Origin: Hypanus sabinus
Taxonomy: Eukaryota
Reading direction: 5' to 3'
Assembly (NCBI RefSeq): GCF_030144855.1
Contig: NC_082707.1
Coordinates: 194,804,001 to 194,868,000, forward strand
Length of the DNA: 64,000 nt
Shown here piece by piece: positions 26,033-39,740 of this stretch (positions are counted from its first letter, which is position 1; the number at the start of each line of letters is the position of its first letter). Position numbers and translations under genes: made by a program. The notes under the pieces were generated by a model that was given only the letters and a program-made list of their open reading frames with translations, searched no databases and had not been told where the DNA came from.

Positions 26033-26646
26033 TGTAGACTTCCACAAATAAAATGATGTGAGGCATTTTATGTTTAAGAAAAACCATAACAACTCATTTA
26101 TTGGAGTCCAAATACTGAACATTAAGTGCAGTAATCAAACTTCATATAGTTACATCATCACATCAAACCAGCCTCTAAAAGTGAACCCGAACTCAATGAT
26201 GGTAGTTATGAATTATATATGTTTCCACCAATCACATTACCCTACACAGGCCCCCACAGAATTCACGAAAACAGGCATTGTGAACCTGTCCGGTACTCAG
26301 ACAAGCCAGCCAGCTTGGGATCTATGTTCCATGGGTGAAGGAACAGCAGAGGCCTCTGGCCAAGGTGGGTTGACACACTCATGGTCAGGTTGTGTTGACA
26401 GGAGCATGGTAGCAGAATCCTCCAGATATTGGTGAGCCAGTTTAAGGTGATCTACCAAAATACTGTACTTCCAGGTTTACCCTTCTTATCTATAATAAAA
26501 GTCTTTTAGCTCCATTCCATAACACGGAATGGGCCACCATTAGGGGGCTTAAAGGATGTTGCTGTGCAATATGGTGGACGAAAACAAACAAGGTAGAATG
26601 TAAGTCAACAGGAACCAGAGTGCTGCACGCCATGATGGGAGGTAGG

Positions 26647-28730
26647 TGTGGTGAACTACATATACCTGTCTGGACATGCACCCCCTGCTGACTGCTCCTG
26701 TGGCTCCTCCCACAGACCCCGGTATAAAGGCGATTGGAGGCACAGCCCCTTTCTCAGTCTCCTGGGCTTCTTTTCCTATTACGCCCAATGGATCCCTCAT
26801 TACGCAGACAAGGCCAGCCCCCTGGTCAAGTCCACCACATTTCCCCTTTCTGCCGAGGCCCACGGGGCCTTCAGCTGCATTAAAGGGGACATTGCCAAAG
26901 CAACGATGCATGCGGTGGATGAGACCATTCCCTTCCAAGTACAGAGTGACGCCTCCGACTTTGTGCTGGTTGCTACCCTTAATCAGGCAGGCAGGCCAGT
27001 AGCATTCTTCTCTTGTACCCTTCAAGGCCCTGAAATTCGGCACTCCGTGGTGGAGAAAGAAGCCCAGGCCATAGTGGAAGCTATTAGGCACTGGAGGCAC
27101 TATCTCGCCGGCAAAAGGTTCACCTTGCTGACCAACCAACGCTCAGTTGCGTTCATGTTCAGCAACCAACAGCGGGGCAAAATCAAAAATGATAAAATTT
27201 TGCGGTGGAGAATAGAACTCTCCACCTACAACTATGATATCCTGGATAGCCTGGAAGTTTCAATGAGCCCCCTGATGCCCTATCCTGGGGAGCGTGTGCC
27301 AGCGCACAGCTGGACCAGCTATACGCCCTCCATGCAGATCTTTGCCACCCGATTTTACCATTTCGTGTAAGCCCGGAACCTGCCGTACTCCCTGGATGAC
27401 ATCAGGACGATGACCAGGGACTGCCAAGTCTGCGCTGAGTGCAAACCGCACTTCTACCGTCCTGACAAGGCACAACTTATCAAGGCCACCCGCCCCTTTG
27501 AGCGACTGAGAGTTGACTTTAAGGGCCCCCTTCCCTCCACCGACCACAATGTCTACTTTCTCAACATTATCGACGAGTGCTCGCGGTTCCCCTTTGCCAT
27601 CCCCTGCCCCGACATCACTGCCACATCCATCATAAAAGCCCTGCGCCAGCTCTTCACTCTGTTCGGATATCCCTGCTATATCCACAGTGATAGAGGGTCC
27701 TCCTTTATGATTGACAAGCTGCGCCGGTACCTGCTTGCTAGGGGCATTGTTACTAATGGGACCACGAGCTATAATCCCTGGAGAAATGGACAAATGGAGA
27801 GGGAGAATGCCACAGTGTGGAAGGCCACCCTTTTAGCCCTTAAGTCAAAGGGATTGCTGGTCTCTCGATGGCAGGAGGTCCTCCCTGAGGCACTCCACTC
27901 TATCCAGTCTCTGTTATGTACGTCCACCAATGCCACCCCTCATGAGCGCCTATTCTCTTTTCCCAGGAAGTCTGTCACTGGGACCACCCTACTGGCTTGG
28001 CTGACGTCCCCAGGGCCAGTGCTGCTCCGGAGACATTTGAGGAGTACTAAATACTCCCCGCTGGTCGAGAGGGTTCACCTACTACATGCGAACCCCCAGT
28101 ATGTCTACGTGGTCTTACCTGATGGGTGGGAGGACACGGTCTCCGTCCGCGACCTGGCGCCCTCAGGAGCAGCAGACCACTACCCCGAACACTCCACGGT
28201 AACTATGAACCCTGTACCCAAGGTGACACCGCGCACACCAAGCCCTACACAGACTCCTCATGACACTCCCATACTGGGCACCTCGCACACGCATGAGGGA
28301 TCACTGACGCCTAGTGGGCTGACACCTCCAGTCAGGCCGGAACCAGCACAACCACCGTCTCCGGTGCAATCACCACTGGCACCTGCGCAATCACAGCCGG
28401 TGCTACGTAGACCTCAGCGACAGATTTGACCACCTAATAGACTTAACCTGTAAATATACTTATAAGAAACTTTGCCCCATGGGGACTCTCTTTTAAAACA
28501 AAGGGGGGTGAATGTGGTGAACTACATATACCTGTCTGGACAACCCCCCCCCCCAACTGACTGCTCCTGTGGCTCCTCCCACAGACCCCGGTATAAAGGC
28601 GATTGGAGGCACAGCCCCTTCCTCAGTCTCCAGGATGTTGTGTGGTGGTCACTTGCTGCTTGTCCTTTCTTCCAGCCAATAAAAGCCTATATCTTGCCTC
28701 ACGTCTCCGAGAGTTATTGATGGTGCATCA
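26647..28730 (+). mobile_element. Internally deleted Ty3/Gypsy element nested in the CsRn1-like element
   Basis: 5-bp TSD GTAGG on both sides; truncated 5' LTR 26647-~26762; 3' LTR 28513-28730; PPT aaaggggggtgaa; RNase H 'SDASDF...RPVAFFS...EKEAQAIVEA'. Confidence 0.9.
27410..28429 (+). pseudogene. Gypsy integrase open frame (339 aa)
   Basis: 'CQVC' zinc motif, 'PFERLRVDFKGPLP', 'IHSDRGSSF', 'NGQMERENA' (D,D,E core); pol frame broken upstream. Confidence 0.8.
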
Positions 28731-31619
28731 GTAGGAATCGGTGCAAAGAAATTGAATTTACTGAGGAGGGTGGAACGCTGTTGAGAGGCTGACCAGGCAG
28801 CCGTAGCGTCAGGAATAAAATTACCTGGCACTCGTAACGGCTGCCCGTATACCAACCCAGCAAGTCCTCCTTTGGAGCTCTTCTGAGCCCCAGCAGGACC
28901 CACGGGAGATGATTATGCCAACACTCATCCATCAGGGAAGCCCTCAGAGATGCACTTAAGGAGAATTGAAACTGCTCGCACAGGACAGTAAGCTGCAGGT
29001 TGTACGTTAAGCGTGATGTAGCTTAACATCAAGGTTCTGGGACATTGTAGCCCTGAGGTCTGATATGAAATGGGATTGTGGAGAGAAGAAAATATCAGAT
29101 GGGGTGCCAAACTGAGCAACTCAGGTGCTGATGAATGACCAAGTCACATCTGTGTCCGTCGTTGATACTAGAGGGATAACCTCTGGCTACCGGGTGGTAT
29201 GGTCTACCATGGTAAGTGGGTGCGTGAAACTGCAGGAGGGAGAAAAAGACCATCAAGGTCCACATTGACATATTCAGACTGTCACTCAGGGACCTCAGAT
29301 GTGCCAATGGAACCTGAACATCACTGTTAATTTTTGCCCACTGGCATTTCACACAGGATGCACTCCAATCCCACACGTTCTATCTGAGGCTCTGCCACAC
29401 AAGCTTCAGTTCATCCAGTTTCTGTGAGACCTTCTGGTCCAGATGTGAGAATGAATATATGGAGTCGAAATCAGTCCATCTCCAGTTGACAGGCACCGTG
29501 GAACGAGGCTGACCAGCTGAGATATTGCACAGGAGAGAAACCCCAGCTTTACATGAACATAATGTCAACCAACTGCAGACCCATGACTGCTGTTCGGTAA
29601 GCCTGGACCTTTGGTTCAGTAGCTTGGTTAGCCACCATGCTGGCATAGTCAACCCCTGTGTGTATGGCCTCAATGGCTGCCCATACCATGGCATTAATGC
29701 ATTTTTTTTCCCCTTGACATGCTGTTCCTCCATTGTGGACTCTGAAGCGTAAGCTAGTTGGCATTGCTGCCGTGCAGGCCAAGGGTCTGATGTTCTGGCC
29801 ATCGCACGCACAAAGAGCTTGTGGTCCACAAACAATGTGAAATGGCAACCCTCTAGCAGAAAACAAAAGTGGTGTACAGCCAGATAGAAACTGGGGAAAG
29901 AAATGCTGGCTGAAGAAGGCAAGCAGCTGCCACATACCTCTGACCAACTGATCGTGAACAGCACCCACAGCACTGTCTGAAGTGTCAACAGTAATGGCTA
30001 TGGGTGCGTTGGGGAGTCGGTGCACCAGTAGGATTGCACTGGAAAGAGCTCATTTGGTATCATCAAACGCCCTGGTCATGTCCACTGACTAGCCAAGCAC
30101 GTGATCAGGGCTATTACCTTTGAGCCCACTATATAGAGGGAGCATAATTTCAGCAGCTAATGGAATGAAGCGGTGATAAAATTTCACCATATCTGAAAAA
30201 ATCCCGTAGTTTTTTAGTAGTGCGAAGTGGTGGAAAATCCATAGTAGTGGCTACCTTTGATGGGAGAGGTTTCACACCTTCTCAGAGATGTGATGGCCGA
30301 GAAAGTCAACGGTTGACAACCCAAACTGGCATTTAGCAGGGTTAATAATCAACCCATGTTGGGTAAAGTGCTCACAAAGTGTGCAGAGATGAGACACGTG
30401 TACAGATTTGGATGCACCAGTGACAAGTATGACATCCAGGTAAACAAAAATAAAATCTGCAGGTGCTGGAAATCGGAGCAAAATGCCGGAGGAACTCAGC
30501 AGGACAGGCTGCGTCTATGGAAAAAAAGTACAGTCAATGTTTCGGGCCAAAACCCTTGGTTCAGCAGGACTCTGCCTGCAGAGTTCCTCAACTCAAACAA
30601 AAAGAAAGACCAAGTCTTTTAATACAGAGTCCATTATTCATTGGAAAGTCTATGTTGCAATTTTCAACCCAAACAATATCTACAGAAACTCAAAGATGTT
30701 AAGTGGGATTATCACATTCATTTTCAGAATGTCCTCCAAACACATAGGTGCCTGATGATGGCCGCTGACCAAGCTGACTTCGAAAAAAAAATAACTTTCC
30801 AGCTAAACATGCTGAAATCTCCTGGAAATGTGGGACCAGGTAGTGACTGGGGGCGGTGGCCTCGTAAGGGTGTCGGTAATCATCACATGGGCGGCAACCA
30901 CAATTGGACTTAGGGACAATTTCGAGGGGTGAAACCCAGGAGCTATTCGACCAGCATACACTGCCAAGTCTTTCCATGCTGGCAAACTCAGCCTTCGCGG
31001 TTGCCAGCCTTTCTGCGTCCAGTCTACACACGCGGGCATGGACTGGTGGGCCAGTTATGGTGCTCGACCCCATGCTTTGTGATTGTAGTGGAGAATGTGG
31101 GTCTGGTGAGGTCTGGGAATTCGCCCAACAGTTGAGTAAACTCACATCTGGTGGTGCACGTGCTTGACAGAGTCATCGTGGGGAACTTACTTGGGGGAGC
31201 AGGGTAACGACCCAAAGTCCTCGAAATCCACAGGCCAGCAGTTTTTAAGATCAACTAACAGTCCTTGGGCTCACAGAAAATCTGCACCAAGCAGAGTTCT
31301 AGCCTCTTCAGCCAGGACAAAGTCACATGTCACCCACTGAAGCAGAATATCAAGTCCCATTAGTCTGGATCCTGCTGCCATTGGCATCCTCCAGCAAAGC
31401 TTCATCGTCAACAGCCGATGCCAGCAGCACACTCACTGGAGCACTTGTGTCACACGGGAAGCATCACTCTGAAAGGATGTCCACAATGAACAATAGACAT
31501 CCTTGGCATCTGGAACCCACACTGTTCGCTGAAGTCCCGATGCACTGGCACTGTTGAAGTTGCAAGGCTTTAGGCACTTTCCAGCATTCATACCAAAGCG
31601 AGCATGATAAAACACAGAC

Positions 31620-31715
31620 CCAGCAAGGGTCTTGGCCCGAAACGTCGACAGCGCTTCTCCCTATCGATGCTGCCTGGCCTGCTGTGTTCCACCAGCATTT
31701 TGTGCGTGTTGTTCC
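31620..31715 (+). mobile_element. Penelope-derived fragment (hammerhead core truncated)
   Basis: 'aagggtcttggcccgaaacgtcgac...gatgctgcctggcctgctg'; a similar minus-strand copy lies at 30443-30560. Confidence 0.65.
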
Positions 31716-31844
31716 CAGCATTATCTGCTTGGAGGCCTTTTTGATGGAGCTTATTGAGGCAGGGAAAGGAGAAGGAGTTTTGCACATCCACCTGGCTGAG
31801 TGTAAACTAGCAGCCATTTTAGCAATCTCCCTATAGTCCTTCAT

Positions 31845-32590
31845 GCTTTCAATAGGTACATTTAATGTCAGAGAAATGTATACAATATACATCCTGAAAT
31901 TCTTCTTCACAAACATCCACAAAAGCAGAGGAGAGCCCCAAAGAATGAATGACAGTTAAATGTTAGAAACCCAAGCCCCTCCCATGCATAAACAGTGGCA
32001 AAACAACAATCCCACCCCCACCAGCAAAAAATAATCGGCAACCCCACTGAGCACTCAAGCGTGTAGCAAAGCATCAATAAAGACACAGACTTGCAGAATA
32101 CTCGTTCACCTGGTATTTGACATACCACAGGCTCTCTCTCTCCCCCTAATAAGGGAAAAAGAGGTGTCCCTGTTTCACAGTGAGAGGGGAGACATAACAA
32201 ACAGCTCGCAGATTTATGGTGATAAAGGTCTGTTGTGTCGCTTCTTCCAAGCTCTGTGCCCAAAGAACTTGGGTCTCTGGGCACGCAGCCAACAGCCAGC
32301 TTGCTGCTTTCAATCTTCCATCTCCCACAACGCATCAGGAAATGTTGGCACCAGCCTTGAATCTGCCCGCCTCCAGAGCCACCAGAATCCGACATCCTAA
32401 AGGCACGTTAGTCTTCCAGGCCGCATCCTTGGCATATCAAAAAGTGGCCGGTTGTGAGGCCCTGAGAGCGGGTCCCATTTCCACAAAGAACCAAAGTCAG
32501 TGTGTAACTCCAGGTCAGGGTCTTCAAAAGAAACTTGAAAAGGAAGAAAAGAGATATCAAATACAGAAATAGAGCATGGGTGCATTAGCG
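31845..32590 (-). mobile_element. Non-coding, probably Rex1-mobilised element inserted in gag
   Basis: 3' end matches 46050-46230 ('gtatattgtatacatttctctgac...aaatgtacc'); similar to Rex1 tails in this window. Confidence 0.5.
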
Positions 32591-33245
32591 AGGGCTAAGT
32601 GAACTTGATCAAGCATTTGCTGCATGAAGAATTCTTTAAAAATTCTTTAAAATTACAAGGATGGTAATTTCCCAGGAGAGACAGCATGTGGTCCATTAGC
32701 TTCAGAGGCTTAGCATTGCCTAGACTGGGCAAGGAGTGCAACTGTTTGTCATGCTCAGACTCCAACAGACCATAATTCTGTAAAAGTTGAGTTTTCAGCC
32801 ATCGGAATTTTTCACGTTCAGGTAGACTCACCACTCTCACAGCTGTAGAGTTGCTGGACAATGCTACCACACAGAAATATTTGGTGCTATCGACAGAGAT
32901 TTCTCACAGCGCAAATTGGGCCTTGGCTTGCACAAACCAAGCAACAGCACATTCTCCCAAAACTCGGGGAGTTTCAAAGTGACAGTTTTGGCCAATGTGT
33001 TCAATAACTCTGAAATTGTCGTCGAGCATCTGAGTCACCAATGTAGGTTTCGGCAAATAAAATAACGTGAAGCATTTTATGTTTAAGAAAAACCACTTCT
33101 TGTACTCCAAAACCTGAACACAAAGCACGGTAATCGAACTTCACGCAATTACATCATCACGTCAGACCAACCTCTTAAAGTGAACCCCAATTCAGTGTCA
33201 GTGGCTGTGAATTATATATGTTTCCACCAATTACGTTACCCTACA

Positions 33246-33955
33246 AAATTACTGGCAAATGTATCTTCATATTTTATTCTTTCTTTCCTTATTGGTTTTA
33301 GTAACCTTCTGTTGATTTATAAAGCTTCCCAATCCTTCCACTTCCCACTAATTTTTGTTATATTATATGCCTTCTCTTTTCATTTTATGCTGTTTTTGTC
33401 TTGCCATGTCAGCCACAGATGCTTCATCCTCCCTTTAGAATCTTCTTCATCTTTGGGATGTATCTGTCCTGCACCTTTCGAATTGCTACCAAAATTCCAG
33501 CCATTGCTGTTCTGCCATCATCCCTGCTAGTGTTCCCGTTCAATCAGTTTTGGCCAGCCCTTCTCACTTGCCTCTGCAATTCCCTTTACTCCACTGTAAT
33601 ACTGATACATCTGACTTTATCTTCTCCTGTTCGAACTGCAGGATGAATCTATCATATTATGGTCACTGGCCATTAAGGGTTTTTTTTAATCTAATCAAAT
33701 ATGCTTCATTACACAACACCCAGTCTAGAATTGCCTATCCTCTAGTGAGTTCAACTACAAGCTGCTTTAAAAAGGTATCTCATAGGTATTCTACTAATTC
33801 CCTTTCTTGAGATCCAGCACCAACCTGATTTTTCCAATCCACCTGCATATTGAAATACCCCATCACTATTCTAACAATCATAATGTTACCCTTTTTACAT
33901 GCCTTTTCTATCTCCACAAATATAATTGGTATCCCAAATCCCGGCTGCTGTAGGG
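33246..33955 (-). mobile_element. CR1-type LINE remnant, endonuclease-proximal part
   Basis: Collinear with 4090-4740. Confidence 0.75.
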
Positions 33956-33964
33956 AGACCTGTA

Positions 33965-34490
33965 CAGTATATAGAAAGGATGTACTGACACTGGAAAGTG
34001 ATCAAAGTAGGTTCATAAAAATGTTTCCAATATCGAATGGCTTGTCATATGAAGAGTATCTGATGGCTCTGGGCCTGTATTCACGAGAATTCAGAAGAAT
34101 GAGGGGTGCCCTAATTGTAACCTGTCGAATGGTGAAATGGCTTGATAGAGTGGATGTGGAGAGGATGTTTCCTATGTTGTGTGTGTCTAAGACCAGGGGA
34201 CGCAGCTTCAGAATTGAGGGGCATCCTTTTAAAATGGAGATGAGGAGAAATTTCTTTAGCCAGAGAATGGTGACTCTGTGGAATTCTTTGCCACAGACAG
34301 CTGTGGAGGCCAGGTCTTTATGTATATTTAAGGCAGAATTCTTGATTAGTCAGGGCATGAAGGGATACAGGGAGAATGCAGGCGAATGGGGCTGAGGGGA
34401 AAATTGGATCAGCCATGATGAAATAGCAGAGCAGACCTGATGGGCCAAATGGCCTAAATCTACTCCTATATCTTATAGTCTTATGGTCTT
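33965..34490 (+). mobile_element. CR1-type LINE 3' end
   Basis: 'YRKDVLTLE...GLSYEEYLMALGLYSREFRRMRG...RNFFSQRMVTLWNSLPQ'; tcttatggtct tail. Confidence 0.9.
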
Positions 34491-34989
34491 TTCTCACAGA
34501 CACTCTCTCTCACTAATAAGGGAGAAACAAATATTGCTTCCTCCACTGCGAGAGGGGAGACAACATTCACTATTTTGACATTAGTCATTTGAAGTGTTGC
34601 TTTTTATTTCGAATTCCCCCAACTCTAGAATCAGCATTAAACTCTCCCTCTCCATCTGGAGAGAGAGATCGATAGAGCTCTCCAACAGACACTCCTGCTG
34701 TCTTCAATGTTCTGTATCATGCTATGCTGCAGTATGTGACAGTCATGTCCTCAGGAGCTGCACAAAGCCCCGAATGTGCCCGACTTCAGGCCAACTGAAA
34801 CGCGGCCGACCGGTGAGCTTCAATAACGGGAACACGCTGTCATGCAGAACAACTATTTTGAGTGTCGCTGTCGACAGGACTCCAGCCACCCTCTAAGAGA
34901 AAATAGGGACAATACAATAGGAAGAATTTAAATGTTTCACTGTGAGTTGGGAAAGTCGTGCTCTGACACCATCTTTAGCTCCAATCATT

Positions 34990-36345
34990 CAATGTGCATC
35001 CTTGGATGTTAAGCTCCCAACTATCATCTTCATTCAGCCATGCCCACAGCGTTGTAACTGCCAATCTCTAACTGCACTACAATATCGACTACCTTATTCT
35101 GTATACTGCATGCCATTCAGATGTAACACCGTCAGTCCTGTATTCACCACCCTTTGCAATTTTGGCCCCTTATTACACTTTAACTCATCCCACCAACTAC
35201 AATTTTGCCCTATCATTTGCCCCTCCTTCCTCATGGTCTCATGCCAAATTAGCATTAGCTAATTGAATGATCCAGAAATCTGAAATCATGCCCACTGCAC
35301 GAGTTCCTCAGCCATGTACTCATCAGCCAAATCATCCTATTCTTACCCTCTCTGGTGTGTGACACAGGCAGCAGTTCGAAGGTTATTTCCTTGTATATCA
35401 ACTGCCTCAACCTCAGCCCTATCACTCTGGTACCCAACCCCCTGCCAAATTAGCATTAGCTTAAACCCTTCCCAACAGCTTTAGCAAACCTACCTACAAG
35501 GATTTTGATCCCACTTGGGTTCAAGTGTAACTTGTACAATTGGTACTGGTCATACCTTACCCAGAAGAGATCCCAATGATCCAGAAATCTGAAATCATGC
35601 CCACTGCACGAGTTCCTCAGCCATGTACTCATCAGCCAAATCATCCTTTTCTTACCCTCTCTGGTGTGTGACACAGGCAGCAGTTCGAAGGTTATTTCCT
35701 TGGAGGCCCTGCTTTACAGCTTTCTATGTAACTCCCTATATTTTCTCCTCAGGTCCTCCTTCCTGTATCATTGCTGCCAATATTTACCATGACTTCTGGC
35801 TGTTCACCCTGCCCGTTTAGGATGCTGTGGACCTGATCCAAGACATCCTTCTCTCTGGCACCTGGGACGCAAAGTACTTTTTCACTTTGATAGAATCTCC
35901 TATCTGCTCCTCTAACTATGGAATCACATATTGGTGCACTCCTCTTCTCCCCATTGCCCTTCTAAGCCAGACTCAGTGCCAGAGATCCGGTCGCCGTGGT
36001 TTCCCCCAGGAGGTTATCCACCACCCACCCACCACTGAACAGATTCCAAAGCGGTATACTTATAATCTAGGGGAACAGTGACAGGGGTTTTCAGCACTGG
36101 CTGCCCATTTCCTTTGCCCCTCCTGACAGTCACCCAGCTATATCTGCCTCCTGCATCTTCGAGATGTCTACCTCACTGCAGACCCTGTCCATCACCTCCT
36201 CATTCTCCGGTATGAGCTGGAGGTCATCCAGCTGCAGCTCCAACTCTTTAACATGTTCTCTGAGGAGCTGCAGCTCGATGCACTTCATGCAGGTGTAGCT
36301 ATCAGGAAGAGTTCAGGCCTCCCAGAGTTTCCACACCTTTTGGCA
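34990..36345 (-). mobile_element. CR1/L2 LINE 5' region with ORF1 esterase-like remnant
   Basis: 'WLRNSCSGHDFRFLDHWDLFWVRYD...KLHLNPSGIKILVGRFAKAV' resembles the SGNH-esterase ORF1 of CR1/L2; partial internal duplication. Confidence 0.65.
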
Positions 36346-36959
36346 GCCATTTAAAGGAAAACAGATAATCTGTCCCCCAATGAGAACACTGTCAGAGATG
36401 TCACTGAGAGCCCTTGAATTTAGTCCCTTCTAAATGCCTGCTATATTGGGTATTGATGGGATATGATCCAATAATTTGGCTATATTTTATAGCTCAGAAT
36501 TAGTGGATGAGTTAATGATGCAGCTTGTTTCCAAGTATGTGGACTGCTTGTATCTTCAAACCATTTTGATCATTCTTCAAGAAGATCAAAAGCTTTACAA
36601 TTATTTCAATCTCTTTATCCACATGGCTCCACCCATTGGCTAAGAGAGTGGGAAATCCTGCCAATCTCCTCTGGTTATTAGCATCAATCTCCCATGTCAC
36701 AGATGATCCTAACTGGCTGTAGCAGCTTAAAGCTACAAATCAAGGTCAGAGTTCACCTAGAGCTTTCCATTATAGCTCAGGGACCTGACCAGTGACCAAC
36801 AAACAAACTTGTAACTTAAGAAACAATATGTGGCACATATAAAATGCTGGGGGTTCTCAGCAGGTCTGGCAGCATCTACATAACAGAACAATTCTTTATT
36901 CTTTTCTACAGGAGCTGTCTGAGCTGAAGACTTCCTCCAGCATTTTGTGTGTGTGGCTC

Positions 36960-37450
36960 GGGATTCAGAATCTGGTCTAATATCACTGGCATATGTCGTG
37001 AAATTTAACTTTGTGGCAGCAGTGAAACACAATACATAATAGTATCGAAAAAAAACTGAATTACAGTAGAGCAGAAATTAAAAAGTAGTGAGGTAGTGTT
37101 CATAGTTCCAATGTTCATTCAGAAATTGAATAGCAGAGGGGGAAGAAGCAGTTCCTGAATCATTAAGCATGTGCCTTCAGGCTTCTGTACCCTATTCCTG
37201 ATGGTAGTAATGAGAAGAGGGCATGTCCTGGGTGGTGGGGGTCCTTAATTGACGCCACCTTCTTGATGCACTACTCTTTGAAGATGTCTTGGATACTATG
37301 GAGACTAGTGCCTGTGATGGAGATGACTTATTTTACAATTCTCTGCAAATTATTTCAATCCTGTGCAGTAGCCCCCCTATACCAGACGGTGATGCAGTTG
37401 GTCAGCATGATCTCCACAGCACATCTATAGATATTTTCAAGTGTTTTAGT
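36960..37450 (-). mobile_element. Rex1/Babar 3' fragment, preceded by a Penelope-type fold-back at 36828-36960
   Basis: Collinear with 9320-9830. Confidence 0.75.
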
Positions 37451-38919
37451 ATTTCCTGAATCTGCAAAATCTCTTGTGCATCTGTGACAAATATCTTAGC
37501 TCAAAACGGCTATTTACTGTATGTGTATCAAACCTGAGCTATAAAGTCCCCATTGCCTGAAGTACCGTTTTTGTCATGTTATTGTTTCCCTCCCAGGTCC
37601 CATGCAATGTTTTGGCTGATTTTGGCCTCATTCCTGCTTGGGTTTATGCTTGTTGTCCCAAGATTTTTAAGCTTATCAGAAGCACACAGCAAACACTTCA
37701 TAGAATGGGAATTGGTGGGAATTGTTACAAATTGATTTACAACCCTAACACCATTAACAAAATTATTCCCTAGGAACCAAAAACAATAGTATTAGATAAG
37801 AAATGTTTTGTTTAAAAAATATTAAACAAAATTAAATTAACTCTTTGAAGAACTCTCTGACATTAGAGAAGGCCATTTTGCCCAAAGGATCCATGCCAAC
37901 TTCCAGCAGAGCAATCTCATCTGTCCTCTTCCTCTTCAACCTCTTCTCTCCCACATGACCACTCACTCTTTGAAGTCTCTGACATTTATAAGGGTAACTT
38001 ACAATCTTCAATTAAACTACTGGCAAATATTTGCACATTGTGCAAGGGTGGGACACCAGTGGAAGCCTGCGTGGTCAGAATGAGAATGTGCAAAATCTAC
38101 ACAAATAGATCCACAGATCAGCATCGAACCCAGGACAGGCACAATGAGGCAACTCCTCGTGCTGAGTTCCTCCACCATTTTGTATGTGTTCCACTATTGT
38201 ACCTCCTCTAGAGAAGTTAATGCTCGTTGAAACAAAACATTCTCCTACCTTGCCCACTGACTCACTCATCTAGTAATATGCGGCTGATAACACAGAATAA
38301 GTCAAGTTTATTGTCATTTAACTATATACATGTGTACCATCAAATGAGACAAGTTTTCTCTGAATGAGGGTGTAAAACATACTAGCACACATAACACATT
38401 TAATGCACAATAACTTAGGAAAGTAAGGATAAAGTCACTGAAGATGGCCATTCAGCCCTTTCTATTCTTGATGGCCAAAAATGGTGCTTCTTAGAACTTG
38501 GTCCAAAAACCTGTTATAACTTAGCAAGGAGTCACTGAGATTACTTGTATATATGATGAAGATTTCTGCAACCACCATATTTTCAGTCAGTGAGATTCAA
38601 TAGTAATTACTCTTTTCCTGCAATTATTTTTCTCAACACCTCTCTATTCCTTCTGGCAATTACCTTAACTCTATTTCCCCCAATAAAGCTAATTTCCACA
38701 GCACTTATACCTGTGAAAGTAAACTTGAACTTAATCTCTCTTTTTTTTCCCAACACAAAAGCCTAATCCTCAAGGCCTGGCTAAGTCCTTGAAAACCTCC
38801 TTTGCACCTGTTCTAGTGCAGTCACATATTATGCTTGGCTTAACTGGTGCGGTTAAGCACCAGTTGTTCTGTTCAAAATCAACCTTTTTATTTATACTTC
38901 TACATTTATTCTTGCACCC

Positions 38920-39740
38920 CATCTCACCAAATTTGAGCCAAGGTCTTGAAGCTTATTGATTAGTTTTGAGAGGATGATGGTATTGAATGCTGAGCTCGAG
39001 ATGATAAAGAACATCCTGATTTACGCATCTTTGCTATCCAGATATTCAGGGGTTGAGTGAAGAGCCAATGAAATGGCATCTGCTTTGGATCTTTTGCCCT
39101 AGTAGGCAAATTGGAGCAAATCCAAGTAATTTCTTAGGCATGAGTTCATGTTTCATCACCAACCTCTCAAAACATTTCTTCACGGTGGATGTAAATGCTA
39201 CTGGATGATAGTTATTGAGGCAAATGAGCACATACTTCATCAGTATAATTGAAGTGTACTTGAAGCGGGGGGGGTGGGGGGTACCTGAGGTTCCAAAATG
39301 GCAGGTTAAAATCTCAGTAAACACTCGGCACAGCTCTTTTGTACTTGGCTGGGGACAGCCAAAATGTGGTCTAGGCATGGAACAGTAGACACCCCTTCTC
39401 TCACTGTAACAGTGGTCTAGAGTGTTGGGATCTCTGTTGCTGCAGGGTATATGCTGATGGTAACTGGGCAGGGTTTTCTTCAAACAAGCCTGATTGAAGT
39501 CCCTGACTATGATTTGAAATGTGTTGGGGTGGATTGGTTCTCGTTTGGAGATGGCATCATGCAGTACCTTATAGTCAGCCACTGGTGGTATATAAACTAT
39601 GGTCAGGATTATGGAGGAGAACTTCCTTGGTAAATAGATTGGATGACATTTGACCATTAGATGTTCAAGGTCAGGGGAGAACGAATTTGACAAAATAGCC
39701 ACATTGAAGCACCGCTGATAGTCTATCATGAAATTCACAC
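38920..39740 (-). mobile_element. Rex1/Babar endonuclease-RT fragment
   Basis: 'SPDLEHLMVKCHPIYLPRKFSSIILTIVYIPP', 'NTLDHCYS', 'LNNYHPVAFTSTVKKCFERLV'. Confidence 0.85.

Larger units (their letters stand above)
26033..33245 (-). mobile_element. Ty3/Gypsy LTR retrotransposon, CsRn1-like, degenerate
   Basis: LTRs 33042-33245 and 26033-26246 (TG...CA); PBS TGGTGAC (tRNA-Trp-like); gag 'AVAWFVQAKAQF', RT 'TGPPVHARVCRLDAERLA', 'GLIINPAKCQFG', RNase H 'TVDTSDSAVGAVHDQ...LAFFS', IN 'LPWVLLGLRRAPKED'. Confidence 0.85.

Noticed and set aside
36512-36735. Possible extra minus-strand exon (TWEIDANNQRRLAGFP...)
   Set aside because: Nearby acceptors give stops in the phase-0 frame required after the 40010 exon
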